Shown: positions 12,523-23,264 of the stretch, piece after piece
Numbering within the stretch: the first letter of the stretch is position 1
Layout of the letters: every line of letters begins with the position of its first letter
NCBI GenBank assembly: GCA_964035575.1
Contig: OZ037845.1
Location: forward strand, 1,054,001-1,118,000
Source of the DNA: Rhynchopus sp. YZ270_cl-10
Lineage: Eukaryota
DNA: 64,000 nucleotides
Direction: 5' to 3'
The notes under the pieces: generated by a model
The model's input: the letters and a program-made list of their open reading frames with translations, nothing else
Told to the model about the DNA's origin: nothing
The model's database searches: none
Program-made: the position numbers and the translations under genes

Positions 12523-15500
12523 ATGCATCGTGTCGCAGCAGCTGAGAGGGCTGCGTTGAGCAGTCTGGTGCCATGCAACTTCGAGGGGGTGGAGGAGTCG
12601 CACCTGAGATGGATGGACTTGAAGGACACGAAGATAACTGGGCATGACATGTTCCTCATCGGGCCTCCAGGGAGCTATCGACGCAAGGTGGCGATGAAGT
12701 ACTGCGAGCTGGCGAAGCGTGAGGTGGAGCACCTGGTGATCACCCGGGACACGACAGAGTCAGACCTGAAGCAGCGTAAGGAGATTGTCGCTGGGGGTCG
12801 CACCGTCTATGTGGACAGTGCTCCTGTTCGTGCAGCTCTGAACGGACGGATCCTCCTTCTCGACGGAATCGAGAAGGCAGAGAGGAACGTTCTGCCTACG
12901 TTGAACAACCTTTTGGAGAACAGAGAGGTGCAGCTGGATGACGGCAGGTTTTTGACGTCTCACAAACGATTTGACGAGCTTGCAAAAGACCTTGGTGTTG
13001 AGGAATGCAAGCGGAGGGGGCTCATGCGTGTCTCCGAACAGTTCCGTGTCGTTGCCTTGGGGCTTCCGGTGCCGCCGTTTGCTGGTGCACCGTTGGACCC
13101 ACCGTTGAGGTCACGCTTCCAGGCACGCTTCATCCAGACACCCATCACAGACTCTTTGGCGGCGTACCCCAGGTTTGCAGCGGCGGTGACAACAGTGAAC
13201 GCACCTGCGTCGTCAGGTGCACCAAGGCTGCCGCACATCTCCTACGACGCTGTGCAGAGGGTGCTGAGGCTGCAGAGGCTCCCATCGCAGGCACGTCCAT
13301 CCCTGGCGGACTCAGTGTACAGGTCGTACCCGTACCATCAGTTCTCGACAGACACTGCAGTGCGCGATGCAGCTGCAGGGGTGATGAGCCACTTCGGTCT
13401 GAACGTCCTCCCCACAGCAGAGGACGAAGCGCCACCCGTGGCAGTGCAGCTCAAGGGCGACCACGCAGCAGTCAGCATCGGGACGGACGTCCTTCGCATC
13501 GCATCCCCCTGCACGTCTTCAGGGGCGGGCGACCCGAAGTACATGGAAACACCCGGCCTGAAGGATCTGTTCAAGAAGGTTGTGCAAGACTTCGCTGTCG
13601 GTCACGACGTCTGTCTCGTCGGGCCTGCGGGGAACGGCAAGAGTCACTTCATCCGCAACCTTGCAAAGCGTCTCGGCTACGGTGACGAGTCTGTCGAGTA
13701 CGTCTTCCTCTACGGCGACATGGGGTCGCGTGACCTCCTCCAGAGACGTGCCACAGACGCAACAGGGCTGACCACCTGGGAGGCAGGCTCCGTAGTGAAG
13801 GCAGCCCAGAACGGCTCCCTGCTTGTGCTCGACGGTGTGCAGAGGTTGCCCAACGGACTCATTTCGGCTCTTGCGCCGCTCATCGCAGACAGACAGCTGC
13901 AGATCCGTAGCACAAAGGGTACAGGCGAGGAGGTGCTCCTGCGTGATGACAGAAGCCAGCTCCGTGGTGGTGCAGTCAAGATCCACCCCCGCTTCCGCAT
14001 CATCGCCACAGCAACCCCGCCCACCGCAAAGGAGCAGTGGATGAGCGAGGAGATCCTCGCCATGTTCAGCTACATCGAGACGCCCTCGTGGGGCATCGAC
14101 AGCCTGCGCCACGTGCTTGGACAGCTCCACCCGAAGAGGCCAGAGCTGCTCACGGAGGTGCTCCCGCCGTTGATGACGCTGTTCACAGGTGGTGCGGACC
14201 GTGCAGGTGACCTGCCTGCGTTCTCTCTGAGGCAGCTGCTGCGTGCTGCCACCGCAGCGGCGCATGCGCCACAGCGTGCAGACATGAAGCCCCGCGCAGT
14301 CGCGACAGTGGTGCGCCAGCTGCTCGTGTCGTCGCTGCCGCCTGTGCAGCGCAAGCAGGTGCTCGCTGCCATCAACAAGTCGTTCTACGGTGACGGCCCT
14401 GTCCCTGTCCGCTCTGCAGCACTGGATTCACGTCACCCACAGGTTACCCGTGTGAGCGCCTCCTGTGTCAAGATCGGGGACGTGGAGTGTTCGCCGCTGT
14501 TCCCACCAAAGCGCCCAGAGAGAGTGCCGCATGTGAGCTTCGTGGAGATCCCGCGGCATATGCAGGCAATGGAGGAGATGGCGCGCGAGCTGTTTGAGAA
14601 CGAGCAGCAGTTCCTGATGGTGCTTGGGCCGCAGGGTGTGGGCAAGAACCGTATCACGGACTACCTCATGCAGAAGCTGCAGTGGGAGCGCATGTACATG
14701 CAGCTGCACCGCGACACGACTGTGCAGCAGCTCACCGCCACACCACAGCTCGAGGGTGGCGTGCTGACGTGGAAGGACTCCCCTCTGCTCATTGCCGCAA
14801 GGGAGGGTCTGTGCCTCATGCTTGACGAGGCAGACAAGGCGCCCCTGGAGGTCGTCATCCTGCTCAAGTCGCTTGTCGAGGACGGCTACCTCATGCTCTC
14901 AGACGGACGCAAGATCTCCCGCAACTGCAAGCCTAACGAGCAGGGAGTCATCCCGATCCACCCAGACTTCAGGATGATCGTTCTTGCCAACCCACCGGGC
15001 TTCCCGTTCATGGGGAACGACCTGTTCCGTGAGTGCGGGGATGTGTTCTCTGTGTTCTCCTTGGACAACGCGGATGAGCTGTCTGAGCTGCACCTTCTCA
15101 CCTCTGAGGCGCCTTCTGTCGACCCAGTCATTCTGACGAGGTTGGTGAAGGCCTTTGGCGACCTGCGGCAGCTGAACCAGGCAGGCAAGATCGGCTACCC
15201 GTACTCCACACGCGAGCTGCTGCACATTGCACGCCACATGCACGCCATCCCAGATTCGACACTCGAGGATGCGCTCAACAACGTCCTCAGCTTCGACAGA
15301 CTCGACCCCGTGTCGCACCAGCTGCTGCCTGTGTTTGAGCGCCACGGTATCCCTGTTGCGTCTGTGCTGCAGGGCACTGTCGAGGCGATGCAGCACGCAA
15401 CCCGCTCAGAGCGTGCTCTGGATGTCATGAAGAACGTGACCATCGCACCCATCCAGCGCCTCAAGCCTGCAAAGAAGCTGGGCACTGTGGCACTGTCACC

Positions 15501-18195
15501 GGCCACACCCATTGAGCCAGTCCCCTCGGTACAGGGCTGCGGTGGTGGCACTGTCACCGGCGACACACCCTCTTTCCACCCACTTGGCGATGTGAAGTAC
15601 ACACGTGCTTCAGGCTTTTCCGAGGAGTTGCTTTCCTTCGTCCTGCCTGTGGAAGCTACGAGGAGGGGACACACCGAGTGCAGGGTCAGCGATGCGACGT
15701 TTGCTTCTATTGCAGGGCGCAAGGTGATGCACATTCTCTCCGAGAGACCTGCTGTTTTGTGGACGTGCCCAGACCCTGTGGGGGAGTCCTCTGTGAACGA
15801 ATGCTGTGCAGTTCGGTGGGGTGGGTATGGTGGTGGTGCAACAGGCACGGAGGAGCTGACTGTCAACGGCAAGGTGGTGACTGCAGGTGATGGCCAACTT
15901 GCGGCCGTGGCCACTGGTGTGGTGGCGTACATGCCGGGCGACACTGCACAACTGCTGAGCGTCGCCTACGAGCAGGAGGGGTACCTGCGGGAGAGTTCAC
16001 AGTCGCCGGTCATCACTCTCATGCGTCTGTCGCATCTTCTCTTCAGGGGCAAGAAGCCTATTGCCCGCTACTTCCTCTGCCCTGTGGTCATGACTGCCGA
16101 GCCTGCTCCGGCATCGGACCTGCTCTTCCTTCCGGAGCACTGCTGCGTTATGGTGTCGCCTTCAGAGAAGCGTGTTATTCTCATTGACGCGCGTGTTCGT
16201 GTGTTCCGTGAGGTTTGCGTTGACGCAGACTTTACGAGTGTCTCCGCATACTCTGCACACGGCTGTGTGGAGGTGAGCTGTGGGTTGAACACTTTGATCA
16301 GCTTTTCGCCTTCTGCTGCGGGCAAGCCGACACCAATCATGGTGCGGACGGCGGCATTTGAGGGTGAGTTGCTGGGGGTGCAGGCGACGTCGACACGGAT
16401 GGGGCATATCGTTGGGGAGGCGACGTCTGCTGCACCTTTGTACGCAAGCCTTGTGCGTGATGCTGGTGTCTTTGGGTGGAGCAGGGAGGCTACGCTTCCT
16501 GCAGCACAGCAGAACGTGGTCTTGGTTGAGCCGAAGATTGGGACCGTTGTGCGCTCTGTTGGCCCCGACGAGACGAAGGGTATTGAGGTGGTGAACACAG
16601 CACACCCCGCCACAGCGAAGGTGCTGCAGGACAAACCCTCTGTCGATGTGTCCGCCATCATCAGCAGCAACGACGCTGTCGAGGGTGCCGTCACCTGCGT
16701 GGTGCGCTCCGACGGCTCCGTCTCTTGCTACCAAACTGAGGAGAAGCGTCTTGTGACTGCCCTCTCCACGTACCTCAAGATCCGTGGTCTCGCACGCTAC
16801 GTTGACGAAGCGCTGAATCCTTCTAAGTCGCACGCCAACTCTCGGCAGAGGGTTGGACCTGGCGGCACCCAAGAGAAGCTGAGCAAGTCTGGTGGAAAGG
16901 GTGGTGGCAGCGGGGGAGACGGCGAACACGGCAGCAGTGGTCCAAGAAACAGCAAGCGCGACCCCCGCAAGAATGAGGCAACCCCGCAGGAGAAGCTGCA
17001 CGCAGGACACTTCACGGCTGCGGAGCTTGCACAGCGCATTGCCGAGGCTGCGTCGGGGCACCGCAGGCAGGAGGAGATGGCGAAGAAGTCGAAGGATGCA
17101 AGCGGGAAGCCCAAGCACGGTGAGGAGGACGGCCAGGCACACTCAGGAGGCAACCGCTATGCGGGTGGCAGTGGTGGTGCGGACACTGCAGGGATGGGCG
17201 GCAAGGGCGGTCCATACCGCCTTGACAACGGGCACGACGTGAAGCAGATCAGCGACGAGGCTAAGAAGAACATCTCCAAGGAGGCGGCAGAGGCTGCACG
17301 CAAGATGGGCCGCGAGGCACTCAAGAAGCGTCTCGAGTCTATCGACATGGGTGAGACCGAGCACAGTGCCTACACAGAGATGCGTGAGGCGGTGCAATCT
17401 GAGATTGACGCACTGCGCGGCGTCCTCAAGCGTGTGGAGGCTGCCTCCAAGGAGCGTGTGTGGCTCAGAGGCATGGAGGGCGAGCTCGACGACTCCCGCA
17501 TCGTCGATGCACGCGCAGGCGAAACAGCAGTCTTCCGCCGCCGTGCCGACAAACGCCCCCAACCCGGTGTGCAGACAAAGCCCAAGCGTCTGGCCCTTCT
17601 CTTCGATGTGTCCGCATCTATGTACCGCTTCAACGGGTTGGACGGCCGTCTGCGCAGCTCTGCGGAATGTGCGGTGCTGTTGATGGAGGCGCTGGACGGC
17701 TTCCAGAAGACTTTTGAATGGACGCTTATGGGGCATTCGGGTGACGGTCCGGACCACGTCTTTGTGAAGTTCGGTGAGCCGCCGAAGACGGACCTGGAGC
17801 GGTTGAAGGTGGTGGAGCGGATGTGGGCGTATGCCCAGCACTGCCAGTCTGGGGACTACACGCTGGAGGGTGTGCAGGCAGCGGTGGCGCACTTGCAGAA
17901 GCGTGACACCCAGTCAGGCCCTGCAGACGAGAAGATCGTGCTCGCCTTTTCGGACGCAAACCTCGACAGGTACAGCATCTCCGCCACCGGGCTTGAGAAG
18001 GCATTGGTCACAGACAAGCGCACACACGCATCGATCTTCTTCCTTGCATCTTCCGACGGCGAAGCAGAGCGCATTACCCGCCAGGTCACCCCTGGCCACG
18101 CCTACACAGCACTGAACATGCAGATGCTTCCGACAATGATCAAATCCGTCTTTTCGCACTCCCTCTCCAGGGCTGCTGGAAACTCGCATATGTAG
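12523..18195 (+). CDS. VWA8: VWA8 (KIAA0564)-like AAA+ ATPase with C-terminal VWA domain
   Basis: Three AAA modules (GPPGSYRR, GPAGNGKS, GPQGVGKN), RDTTESDLKQR, GNRYAGGSGGADTAGMGGKGGPYRLD and MIDAS-like DVSASMYRFN. Confidence 0.93.
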   Translation: MHRVAAAERAALSSLVPCNFEGVEESHLRWMDLKDTKITGHDMFLIGPPGSYRRKVAMKYCELAKREVEHLVITRDTTESDLKQRKEIVAGGRTVYVDSAPVRAALNGRILLLDGIEKAERNVLPTLNNLLENREVQLDDGRFLTSHKRFDELAKDLGVEECKRRGLMRVSEQFRVVALGLPVPPFAGAPLDPPLRSRFQARFIQTPITDSLAAYPRFAAAVTTVNAPASSGAPRLPHISYDAVQRVLRLQRLPSQARPSLADSVYRSYPYHQFSTDTAVRDAAAGVMSHFGLNVLPTAEDEAPPVAVQLKGDHAAVSIGTDVLRIASPCTSSGAGDPKYMETPGLKDLFKKVVQDFAVGHDVCLVGPAGNGKSHFIRNLAKRLGYGDESVEYVFLYGDMGSRDLLQRRATDATGLTTWEAGSVVKAAQNGSLLVLDGVQRLPNGLISALAPLIADRQLQIRSTKGTGEEVLLRDDRSQLRGGAVKIHPRFRIIATATPPTAKEQWMSEEILAMFSYIETPSWGIDSLRHVLGQLHPKRPELLTEVLPPLMTLFTGGADRAGDLPAFSLRQLLRAATAAAHAPQRADMKPRAVATVVRQLLVSSLPPVQRKQVLAAINKSFYGDGPVPVRSAALDSRHPQVTRVSASCVKIGDVECSPLFPPKRPERVPHVSFVEIPRHMQAMEEMARELFENEQQFLMVLGPQGVGKNRITDYLMQKLQWERMYMQLHRDTTVQQLTATPQLEGGVLTWKDSPLLIAAREGLCLMLDEADKAPLEVVILLKSLVEDGYLMLSDGRKISRNCKPNEQGVIPIHPDFRMIVLANPPGFPFMGNDLFRECGDVFSVFSLDNADELSELHLLTSEAPSVDPVILTRLVKAFGDLRQLNQAGKIGYPYSTRELLHIARHMHAIPDSTLEDALNNVLSFDRLDPVSHQLLPVFERHGIPVASVLQGTVEAMQHATRSERALDVMKNVTIAPIQRLKPAKKLGTVALSPATPIEPVPSVQGCGGGTVTGDTPSFHPLGDVKYTRASGFSEELLSFVLPVEATRRGHTECRVSDATFASIAGRKVMHILSERPAVLWTCPDPVGESSVNECCAVRWGGYGGGATGTEELTVNGKVVTAGDGQLAAVATGVVAYMPGDTAQLLSVAYEQEGYLRESSQSPVITLMRLSHLLFRGKKPIARYFLCPVVMTAEPAPASDLLFLPEHCCVMVSPSEKRVILIDARVRVFREVCVDADFTSVSAYSAHGCVEVSCGLNTLISFSPSAAGKPTPIMVRTAAFEGELLGVQATSTRMGHIVGEATSAAPLYASLVRDAGVFGWSREATLPAAQQNVVLVEPKIGTVVRSVGPDETKGIEVVNTAHPATAKVLQDKPSVDVSAIISSNDAVEGAVTCVVRSDGSVSCYQTEEKRLVTALSTYLKIRGLARYVDEALNPSKSHANSRQRVGPGGTQEKLSKSGGKGGGSGGDGEHGSSGPRNSKRDPRKNEATPQEKLHAGHFTAAELAQRIAEAASGHRRQEEMAKKSKDASGKPKHGEEDGQAHSGGNRYAGGSGGADTAGMGGKGGPYRLDNGHDVKQISDEAKKNISKEAAEAARKMGREALKKRLESIDMGETEHSAYTEMREAVQSEIDALRGVLKRVEAASKERVWLRGMEGELDDSRIVDARAGETAVFRRRADKRPQPGVQTKPKRLALLFDVSASMYRFNGLDGRLRSSAECAVLLMEALDGFQKTFEWTLMGHSGDGPDHVFVKFGEPPKTDLERLKVVERMWAYAQHCQSGDYTLEGVQAAVAHLQKRDTQSGPADEKIVLAFSDANLDRYSISATGLEKALVTDKRTHASIFFLASSDGEAERITRQVTPGHAYTALNMQMLPTMIKSVFSHSLSRAAGNSHM

Positions 18196-19359
18196 ATGGG
18201 TGCACGAGAGGGTTCCTGTGTTATGTTTTATTTGGCTCTGCCCCAGCTCTTTTTTTTTGGAAGGGTGTCCCCCTTCCTGCACCCGTGTGGCGTTCTCTAG
18301 CCTCCCTTCTCATCCCCTCTTTTGTTTTATCTGTCGTATGGGGGCTTTTTCATGCATTTGCAACGCCAAAAACGTTTCTCAGTGCCGCGCAACGTTGCCT
18401 TCCCTGTACAGTGCTTTCCTTTTCTTTCGATGTGTGTGTACGTTGAAAGCAGTTGGTGAGTAGTTTCCGTGGAATACCCAAAATGTGTGTTTGTGTTTGC
18501 TTCAGAGGTACATGCATCTTTCAATTTTTTCCTTTTTTTTGCGGAGTGTCAGTGCCTGCGTCTCAGAGGTGTTTGTACTATCAACTTCACTTTTTTTTTT
18601 CTTTGTTTTTCTTCAAAGTAGCAATTTCGCGACGCTAAGCGTGTCAAAAGTATCGATTCGTAGCAGTTGGGCTGCAAAAAAAAAAAAGTATAAATAATTC
18701 AAAAACAAATACTAAAACGAGAAAATGAACATCCCAGTGAAGGATTTTGCTCAGACATATCCTTCTCACACCCGAAAACAAAACAAACAGAGCTCGTGTT
18801 GTTGATTTTTTTTTATTGTATTTCCGTTGTGAGCTTCTCACATCGAAAAAAGCCCCCCACACATCCCTTCCCCTTTGGTGACTAAGCATGGCTTAGGTTA
18901 CACCAACTTTCCTCTTTTTTATAGATGCGTGTACGGAATAAACATCTACATACGGATTATTAAAGTGTAGTCTGTGCATTCATCTAATTTATTTATTTTG
19001 ACGATCGTTTTGTCATTCATTTGGGAGAGATAACCTTGACTTTTTATTAGCTGTTTGGGGTGATCTGGGGTCTTTTTTTTCAAGATTATTCACTAGCCAT
19101 TCACAAAAATTCACAAAAATTCACAAATATTCACGAAAACCTACACACCCGCGTATCACGTGTGTTTCCGCCTCGTTGTAAATTTTTGTGTTTTTTTGTG
19201 ATTTTTTGTGATTTTTTTTTTGGTTTTGGTGTGGTGCATAACCGATTACCCGTGTTTCTACCAGTTTAGACGACGGCATTTGCATTTCCGGAATCCGCCC
19301 GGCCAGTGGTGGGGTCAATTTGCCGAAATGGACAAGTTCTCGTTTTTGGTCAATTTCCG

Positions 19360-19514
19360 CAGTATACACAGTATACACAGTATACACAGTATACACAGTA
19401 TACACAGTATACACAGTATACACAGTATACACAGTATACACAGTATACACAGTATACACAGTATACACAGTATACACAGTATACACAGTATACACAGTAT
19501 ACACAGTATACACA
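19360..19514. repeat. (CAGTATACA) tandem repeat, about 17 copies
   Basis: Perfect 9-bp periodicity. Confidence 0.95.
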
Positions 19515-19524
19515 GGGGATTGGG

Positions 19525-19914
19525 AGTACAGTACAGTACAGTACAGTACAGTACAGTACAGTACAGTACAGTACAGTACAGTACAGTACAGTACAGTACA
19601 GTACAGTACAGTACAGTACAGTACAGTACAGTACAGTACAGTACAGTACAGTACAGTACAGTACAGTACAGTACAGTACAGTACAGTACAGTACAGTACA
19701 GTACAGTACAGTACAGTACAGTACAGTACAGTACAGTACAGTACAGTACAGTACAGTACAGTACAGTACAGTACAGTACAGTACAGTACAGTACAGTACA
19801 GTACAGTACAGTACAGTACAGTACAGTACAGTACAGTACAGTACAGTACAGTACAGTACAGTACAGTACAGTACAGTACAGTACAGTACAGTACAGTACA
19901 GTACAGTACAGTAC
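19525..19914. repeat. (AGTAC) microsatellite, about 78 copies
   Basis: Perfect 5-bp periodicity over 390 bp. Confidence 0.97.
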
Positions 19915-21026
19915 TGCAAACCCAAAAAAAATCACAAACCCTGCACTAGCGATTCACATAAATTCACAAAAGTTCACAAAAATTCACATAAATTCACATA
20001 AATTCACAACACCTGCAGAAAACCTTCACATAAATTCACAAAAATTCACAAAACCTGCACTAGCGATTCACATAAATTCACAAAAATTCACAAAAATTCA
20101 CATTCATTCACAAAAGATCCCACACATGGTGTATCACGTGTGTTTTCGCCTCGTTGTGAATTTTTGTGAATGGCTGGTGAATAATCTTGAAAAAAAAGTC
20201 CCCAGATCACCCCACTGTTTTTTTTTTTGACAGATCTTGTCGATATCACAAGATGTATTAATACGGTAATACCAAATACGCGCAAGGTCCCTTTGCTAGA
20301 CAATTATTGCAGGATATATTACAAGCGAGGTTTCGTGGTGTGTTTCCCAGTCCCTGAAGCTTGATTCTCTGCAATATTTATTGTTACAAAGCCTCAGCAG
20401 AAGCGTAGAGTGTTTTTACCAATGAAAAAAAGGAAAATGTGGACAAAATGTATTCCAACAATTTTCAAAATAAAAGTTCATATTTCAAAATTGTGGGGAC
20501 TTTCCTCCAAACGGTGAGACGCGTCACCTTGATTATTTGATTGCGTTGCTGTGATTGGTCAACTAGAACTCTCTCGCTCTTCGCAGGAACGTTTCCATTT
20601 TTTTTTTCTTTTCAAAATTGTGTGTATATTTATTTCGCAAACCGCGGGGAACCGGTGCCTGCGTCCGCTGATGAACGGTGAGGCGTTTGCACTTTCAAAT
20701 TCTCTTTATTTCTCCGATATTTTCAATCTTCTCTTTTTCGTAAGGTGACTAATAAAGCATCATCTTACCAAACCTTTCTCTCTGTTTTTATACCGTGCCT
20801 GCATCCAGAGGTGTTTGCACCTTCAACTTCACTTTTTTTTTTTTTTTACGACATTGTGTGTACTTTCCAATGCAGTGAAATACTGCTGGACAGCTACACT
20901 AAGCCAACAGATTATCAAACAAAAAATCACCAAAAAAAAAATATTGACAATCAGAGCCAAAACAATACAATCACTTTTCTACAATCTTCTTCTCTTCTCT
21001 TCTACACCTCACCCATCCCACAGAAA

Positions 21027-23147
21027 ATGAAACAAGCCTTCCGCCTTGCACGGTGCACCCAGCAGAGGTGTACGTACTGCACTGCGTCAAGCAATGTTGG
21101 TGTGTCTGCGAGAGAGGACACTATTGACTTTGATATGACAGTGAAGAGGGAGGCAGAGATGGCGGCAACAGCGAAGAACGCTGTGACAGGTTCGACAAGC
21201 GCTTACGATGAGATAAAGATGGTGCACGTGATCGACCACGGACTGCCTCCTGGCCCTGCAGAGCGTGCTGCAGGAAGCATAGCGTCAAGGTCACCTTTGC
21301 TCATCTCAGAGGAACTGAAGAATCATCCTGAGTACAAAGAAGGCATCAGCTGTCTGGCGTGGGGCCACTTCGACGAAGCTCTGAAGCACTTCGACAACGT
21401 CAGCACCGCAGACCCAAGCTACACACACCACCCGACACTCCTGGTCTGCACAGCGCGCTGTCTCATGGAGGTGGACCGCTACGACCAGGCACTCAAGATC
21501 TTAAAGAAGTGCAGTGTGCTCCATGCAGGCGCCTCGGGTCTGCAGGAGTTGCTTGAGGAGGCCACGTGGGGGTCGGAGTTGAAGAAAGCTTTTGATGAGC
21601 ATGCGCGTGCCAAGGAGGCGAGGCTCGATGAGTCGCGTGCAAAGCGTGGGTACTACGACAAGAGCGATGTCAAGGATGACGTGGACCCAAACCTCGAAAC
21701 CGTGAACCAGCTCCCCCTCGAGCCTGCGGTGCGCGACTGGCTGCGCTCGCATGTTGGCGACGAGGCGCTCGAGAAGATCGGTCTTGCGTACGAACAGGTG
21801 ACAGGGCGCAGCATTGTTGCAAAGAAGTTTATCAAGAAGGGCGACGTCATCTTCAAAGAGAACAGCACCCTCTTCGCACCCGAGCTCCTTAGCGACACTT
21901 TTGATGACAAGACGCTGGACAAGAAGCGTGGCTTGCTCGAAGGCGTCGACACCGTCACAGCACGCGCCACCTACTGCAGCCACTGCCACGGCAGCATGGC
22001 AGGGGAGAGACACAAATGTTCCGACTGCGGGTCCTTCTACTGCTCCCAGGCCTGCCAGGTCAGCGCAGCAGGGAGCTACCACCAGCACGAATGCAAATAC
22101 CTCTCGAACGACGCGATTAAGTCGATCCGAGACAAACTCATTGCTGCAGACCACATGGATATGTGGCGTCGTTACCAGGTCATTATACGGTGTGCGAGCG
22201 TTGCGAGGTTTGTGGACCCTGACATGCAGATGAATGAGCATCCCTTTTTGTCGCACTTCTCATACGTGGAGGGCGAGCACAAGCAGGCCAATGTTGAGAG
22301 GGAGGAACCGAACGCACCGCCGACCTCAGCGCAGGACCACAAGGTGGTGCCCACGATGTACGGCATCATGCAGTTCATCTTCTGCCACCTGTACATGGAG
22401 CACAGCCACGGCGCTGCCTGGAAGACAACCCTCCAGCAGGAAGAGATCAACAAGACGCTCTCAGGCGTCATGCGCGACTACGACGAGCTCTTCGACAAGG
22501 TCAAGGCAAACGTCAACCCCCAGGGTGTCCTGCTGCCGTTCCTTGCCATGGCGAACCACAGCTGCACACCCACCGCACACATCAACTCTAAGAACGAGCT
22601 CGTCGCAGACGAAGACATCTACCCCGGAGGCGGTGTCTCTGTGTCGTACACACCCAAAGGCCTGCCTGTGGAGTGGAAGAGCTTCTGGCTGTTGAAGAAC
22701 CGCAACTTCCAATGCCGCTGTCGCTACTGCTACTTCCGCGAACGCGACTACGGAGTGCTCTCGAACGCAGCGAGGGAGAAGCAGTCGCTGCAGTACGTGC
22801 GTGAGAACGAGGTGCGCAGGCTTGAGGAGGCGGACCCAACCAAGACGCACACCTCAGACGGGCTGCTCACAAAGCGCGGCAAAGAGGAGTTCGAGAACCG
22901 CTTCGACCACCTTCTCATGAAGTACCCAAAAGAGTTCCGCGAAAGCATGCTGCAAGTGCAGGAGCGTGTCATCAAGGACATGGAAGAGAAGCCCCACGAC
23001 GTCCTCGTACGCGAACTCGAAAGCAAAAAATTGCGCCTCGCGCGCTTCGAAAAGCTTGGCCTAGTACCCAAAGAGGCTACAGAGACCATCGGACTGGACA
23101 TTGCGTTGGAGGCAATGGAGTCTGATGGTGAAGTGTCTAGTGCCTGA
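21027..23147 (+). CDS. TPR plus SET/MYND (SMYD-like) protein, possible mitochondrial presequence
   Basis: TPR-like helices, GRSIVAKKFIKKGDVIF, MYND CSHC..CSDC..YCSQACQ..HQHEC, MANHSCTP and post-SET FQCRCRYC. Start taken at MKQAFRLARC. Confidence 0.85.
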   Translation: MKQAFRLARCTQQRCTYCTASSNVGVSAREDTIDFDMTVKREAEMAATAKNAVTGSTSAYDEIKMVHVIDHGLPPGPAERAAGSIASRSPLLISEELKNHPEYKEGISCLAWGHFDEALKHFDNVSTADPSYTHHPTLLVCTARCLMEVDRYDQALKILKKCSVLHAGASGLQELLEEATWGSELKKAFDEHARAKEARLDESRAKRGYYDKSDVKDDVDPNLETVNQLPLEPAVRDWLRSHVGDEALEKIGLAYEQVTGRSIVAKKFIKKGDVIFKENSTLFAPELLSDTFDDKTLDKKRGLLEGVDTVTARATYCSHCHGSMAGERHKCSDCGSFYCSQACQVSAAGSYHQHECKYLSNDAIKSIRDKLIAADHMDMWRRYQVIIRCASVARFVDPDMQMNEHPFLSHFSYVEGEHKQANVEREEPNAPPTSAQDHKVVPTMYGIMQFIFCHLYMEHSHGAAWKTTLQQEEINKTLSGVMRDYDELFDKVKANVNPQGVLLPFLAMANHSCTPTAHINSKNELVADEDIYPGGGVSVSYTPKGLPVEWKSFWLLKNRNFQCRCRYCYFRERDYGVLSNAAREKQSLQYVRENEVRRLEEADPTKTHTSDGLLTKRGKEEFENRFDHLLMKYPKEFRESMLQVQERVIKDMEEKPHDVLVRELESKKLRLARFEKLGLVPKEATETIGLDIALEAMESDGEVSSA

Positions 23148-23264
23148 GGGCACGTCAGTGAGATGAACGTGACCATTTTGAGAAAACAAGAGAGCTTTTC
23201 ATCTTTTGCACCTCCCCTACACATCCATCCATGCACCTCCTAACAGCATTATTCCCACAACACA

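Larger units (their letters stand above)
19056..20214. mobile_element. Non-autonomous TIR DNA element (TG...CA ends, TIR about 60 bp, 5-bp TSD CTGTT) containing microsatellites
   Basis: ctgtt|tggggtgatctggggtc-tttttttcaagattattcac...gtgaataatcttgaaaaaaaagtccccagatcacccca|ctgtt; subterminal attcacaaaa repeats. Confidence 0.85.

Noticed and set aside
19121..20230. Long ORFs with YTV/STVQY repeats in several frames
   Set aside because: Artefacts of stop-free microsatellites inside a TIR element.
20745..21026. N-terminal extensions of track ORFs (also 3186, 29355, 35100, 46943, 48251, 50122, 52489, 59986)
   Set aside because: Low-complexity UTR/spacer sequence or non-ATG starts; downstream ATGs fit the homology better.
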